DNA of 64,000 nucleotides from Azolla caroliniana (taxonomy: Eukaryota > Plantae > Polypodiophyta): positions 5,456,001 through 5,520,000 of the forward strand of contig JBHGNT010000007.1 of NCBI GenBank assembly GCA_043228905.1. The letters are read 5' to 3'. Every line of letters begins with the position of its first letter. Position 1 is the stretch's first letter. The notes beneath the pieces are model-generated. The model was not told where the DNA came from, did no database searches, and was given only the letters and a program-made list of their open reading frames with translations. Below, piece after piece: positions 61,901 through 64,000 of this stretch. The position numbers and the translations under genes were made by a program.

Positions 61901-64000
61901 TTTCTAGCATCCTCTCGGTCTCTTTAAGTCTTGACCTTTGATCTTTACAATTTGCATAGGGATAGAATCTACCACTCTCAAAAATCTCTTGCCGTTGCAT
62001 TTACCATTCTATCACGGTCTCATAGATGTAAGTGCTAGAGACATTGTCCTCGATTAAGATATGCCCAAGATCTATAATAGACTGGTTTATTCTTCTTGTC
62101 AAGGCAATGAACTTGAGAAATCCCCATCGAATCTTGAACCAGCATGAGGATTGAATTTGTGTCAACGGGACCACCTGATTTGGCATTGTTAGTAATGTAT
62201 ATAATATGTGGTAGAATGAATAAGTATGTATCTATTTGCAGTTGGAATACCATGATATAAACCCTCACTTGTTGGCGTCATATCAACATCTGTCATTTCT
62301 GTTGGTTCATCTAGTCTAGTTCATCTAGCATGCATCTTGTATTGTCTCTAGATGTGCAACCTCCATGTTGTTTTGGGCCTCCATCTTTTCTTGAATGGTT
62401 AGTTCTAATATTCCATCTTACAAAACATATGCTATCATGAGCGAAGATAGAACGGATTAATTACAACTATAGTCGCAAATACATTTTTGAAAAAATAATT
62501 TGAATAATACCTCTCTTCATTGGGTCTTCTTTCACCCCAATCTGAATCCATGTCAAGGAACTATAATGCCCTATTAGCCATCTATGTAAGTAAGATAGTG
62601 TCTTAAAAAGACAAACATGCATGCACTAGACAAATAAGAAAAAGAAGAAAGTACATACCATGTGGAGGTTCAAGTGCATGTGTAGGTGTAGGTGCTCAAG
62701 CATAGGTCGTGTTGTTTCCTCAACCCTAAATGCAAACATATGTGAAAGCCACAATAATGTAAATGCATGCAAAATCTCTCAAAATGATTGAAAACCATAA
62801 ACCCTAACCATGATGCATCAATCATATGATACCGACAAACATCCTTGCACTAGACAGATAAGAAAACAAAAAAAAGTACATACAAGGTTTAGGTTAAGGT
62901 ACAAATGTAGGTGGTCGATCATAGGTGGTGGATGACAAGTGCAATTTGTTTTCTTGTTTTCTTGTCCCTCTGCCTTTTCTTTACAAACTCTCCTCATACA
63001 AAGCCCCAACGGTTTGGCACATCGAGTAGGAATTGTAAGACATTAGGTTGGAAGTCATGGCCGGGTTATTAAATTCTATTAGTGGATTAGAATAACTAGT
63101 CAAGTTAGTCTAGACATAGGTTGGGCTAAGAATGTCATGGCAGGATTGGCCTGTGTTAGCCAATCCAATGACCAAGCTAGTAATCTAGAGGCTTCATATG
63201 CCTGGGTTAGAAAATCATTTGGACAGGTTAGAAAAAACATGGGTCAGGTTTTGACAATGGTCGAGTTATAAACAATGGTCTAGGTTAGAAATTATGATGG
63301 CCGAGTTGGAAATTCCTACTGCTCAAGTTAGACATGACAGATGCACACACACACACACACACTCTCTCTCTCTCTCTCTAGCTCTTGGTAAAAACACACA
63401 ATTATATATTAATTGAATGTAAAATCCACTTGCTACAACACTTCTTAGTTTCCTCTACCTATCTATCGTATATAGGCAGAGGGACGTCCTATAATGTCAC
63501 TAGAAAACCTAAATATGCATTTAAGGAAATGATTCATCAAACAATGGTACATCTTGTAATTTCACCCAAATAAATCCATAATTTGGGGGAACTACGTAAC
63601 CATCGTTTTGGCATCTTCAAATTCCGACAACCTTTGAGATTCATTATCAACCACATCTCCCAAATGTTGCACATCTTTATTTCTTGTTTTTTTTATCGTA
63701 ATTAGCTTACCCTAATGGTAACTTGTTACACTACAAGCCTCATGACTTGGGTTGGTAGGTTGTTACACTACAAGCTCTGTGTCTTGGGTTAAAAACTCAA
63801 ATTTCTCACCTTTCTATTAGTTTATATATAGCTCTTAATTCATCAAGATTGAAGCGAATGTATCTTACCCTAATGGTAAGTTGTTGCACTACAAGCGTTG
63901 TATCTTAGGTTTGAAACCCAATTTTTTTACCTCTTTATTACTATATCTCTTAATTCACTACATGCCACAGTGGAGTATAGGAGTTGAACCAAATGTAGGA

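Overview
Eukaryotic heterochromatin-type window, most likely from a non-seed land plant (inferred from the TE types and the plant tRNA-Trp/iMet primer sites). About 57 kb is one pile of nested transposons that I resolved from termini and target-site duplications (TSDs). Deepest chain: Copia A > Copia B (1563-56923) > gag-only Gypsy E (27718-56525) > near-complete Gypsy F (31571-56509) > Copia J (36915-54579) > a 12.2-kb TIR DNA transposon K (38647-50820). Copia B also holds deleted Gypsy C and solo LTR H, and H holds gag-only Gypsy D (containing Copia I) and Copia G. Element K has 26-bp TIRs, GGG...CCC ends and a 4-bp TSD. It encodes an intact, spliced Sola2-like transposase and a convergent multi-exon cargo gene for a coiled-coil/RING-H2/acidic-repeat protein. 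The tRNA-Trp-primed Gypsy group shows a covarying -1 frameshift pseudoknot placed after the protease, 4-bp TSDs centred on CG, and cis motifs shared with gag-only derivatives. The last 7 kb has nested foldback elements inside a decayed SWIM/MULE-like remnant. No ordinary host gene was found. All calls were made by eye, with no database searches.
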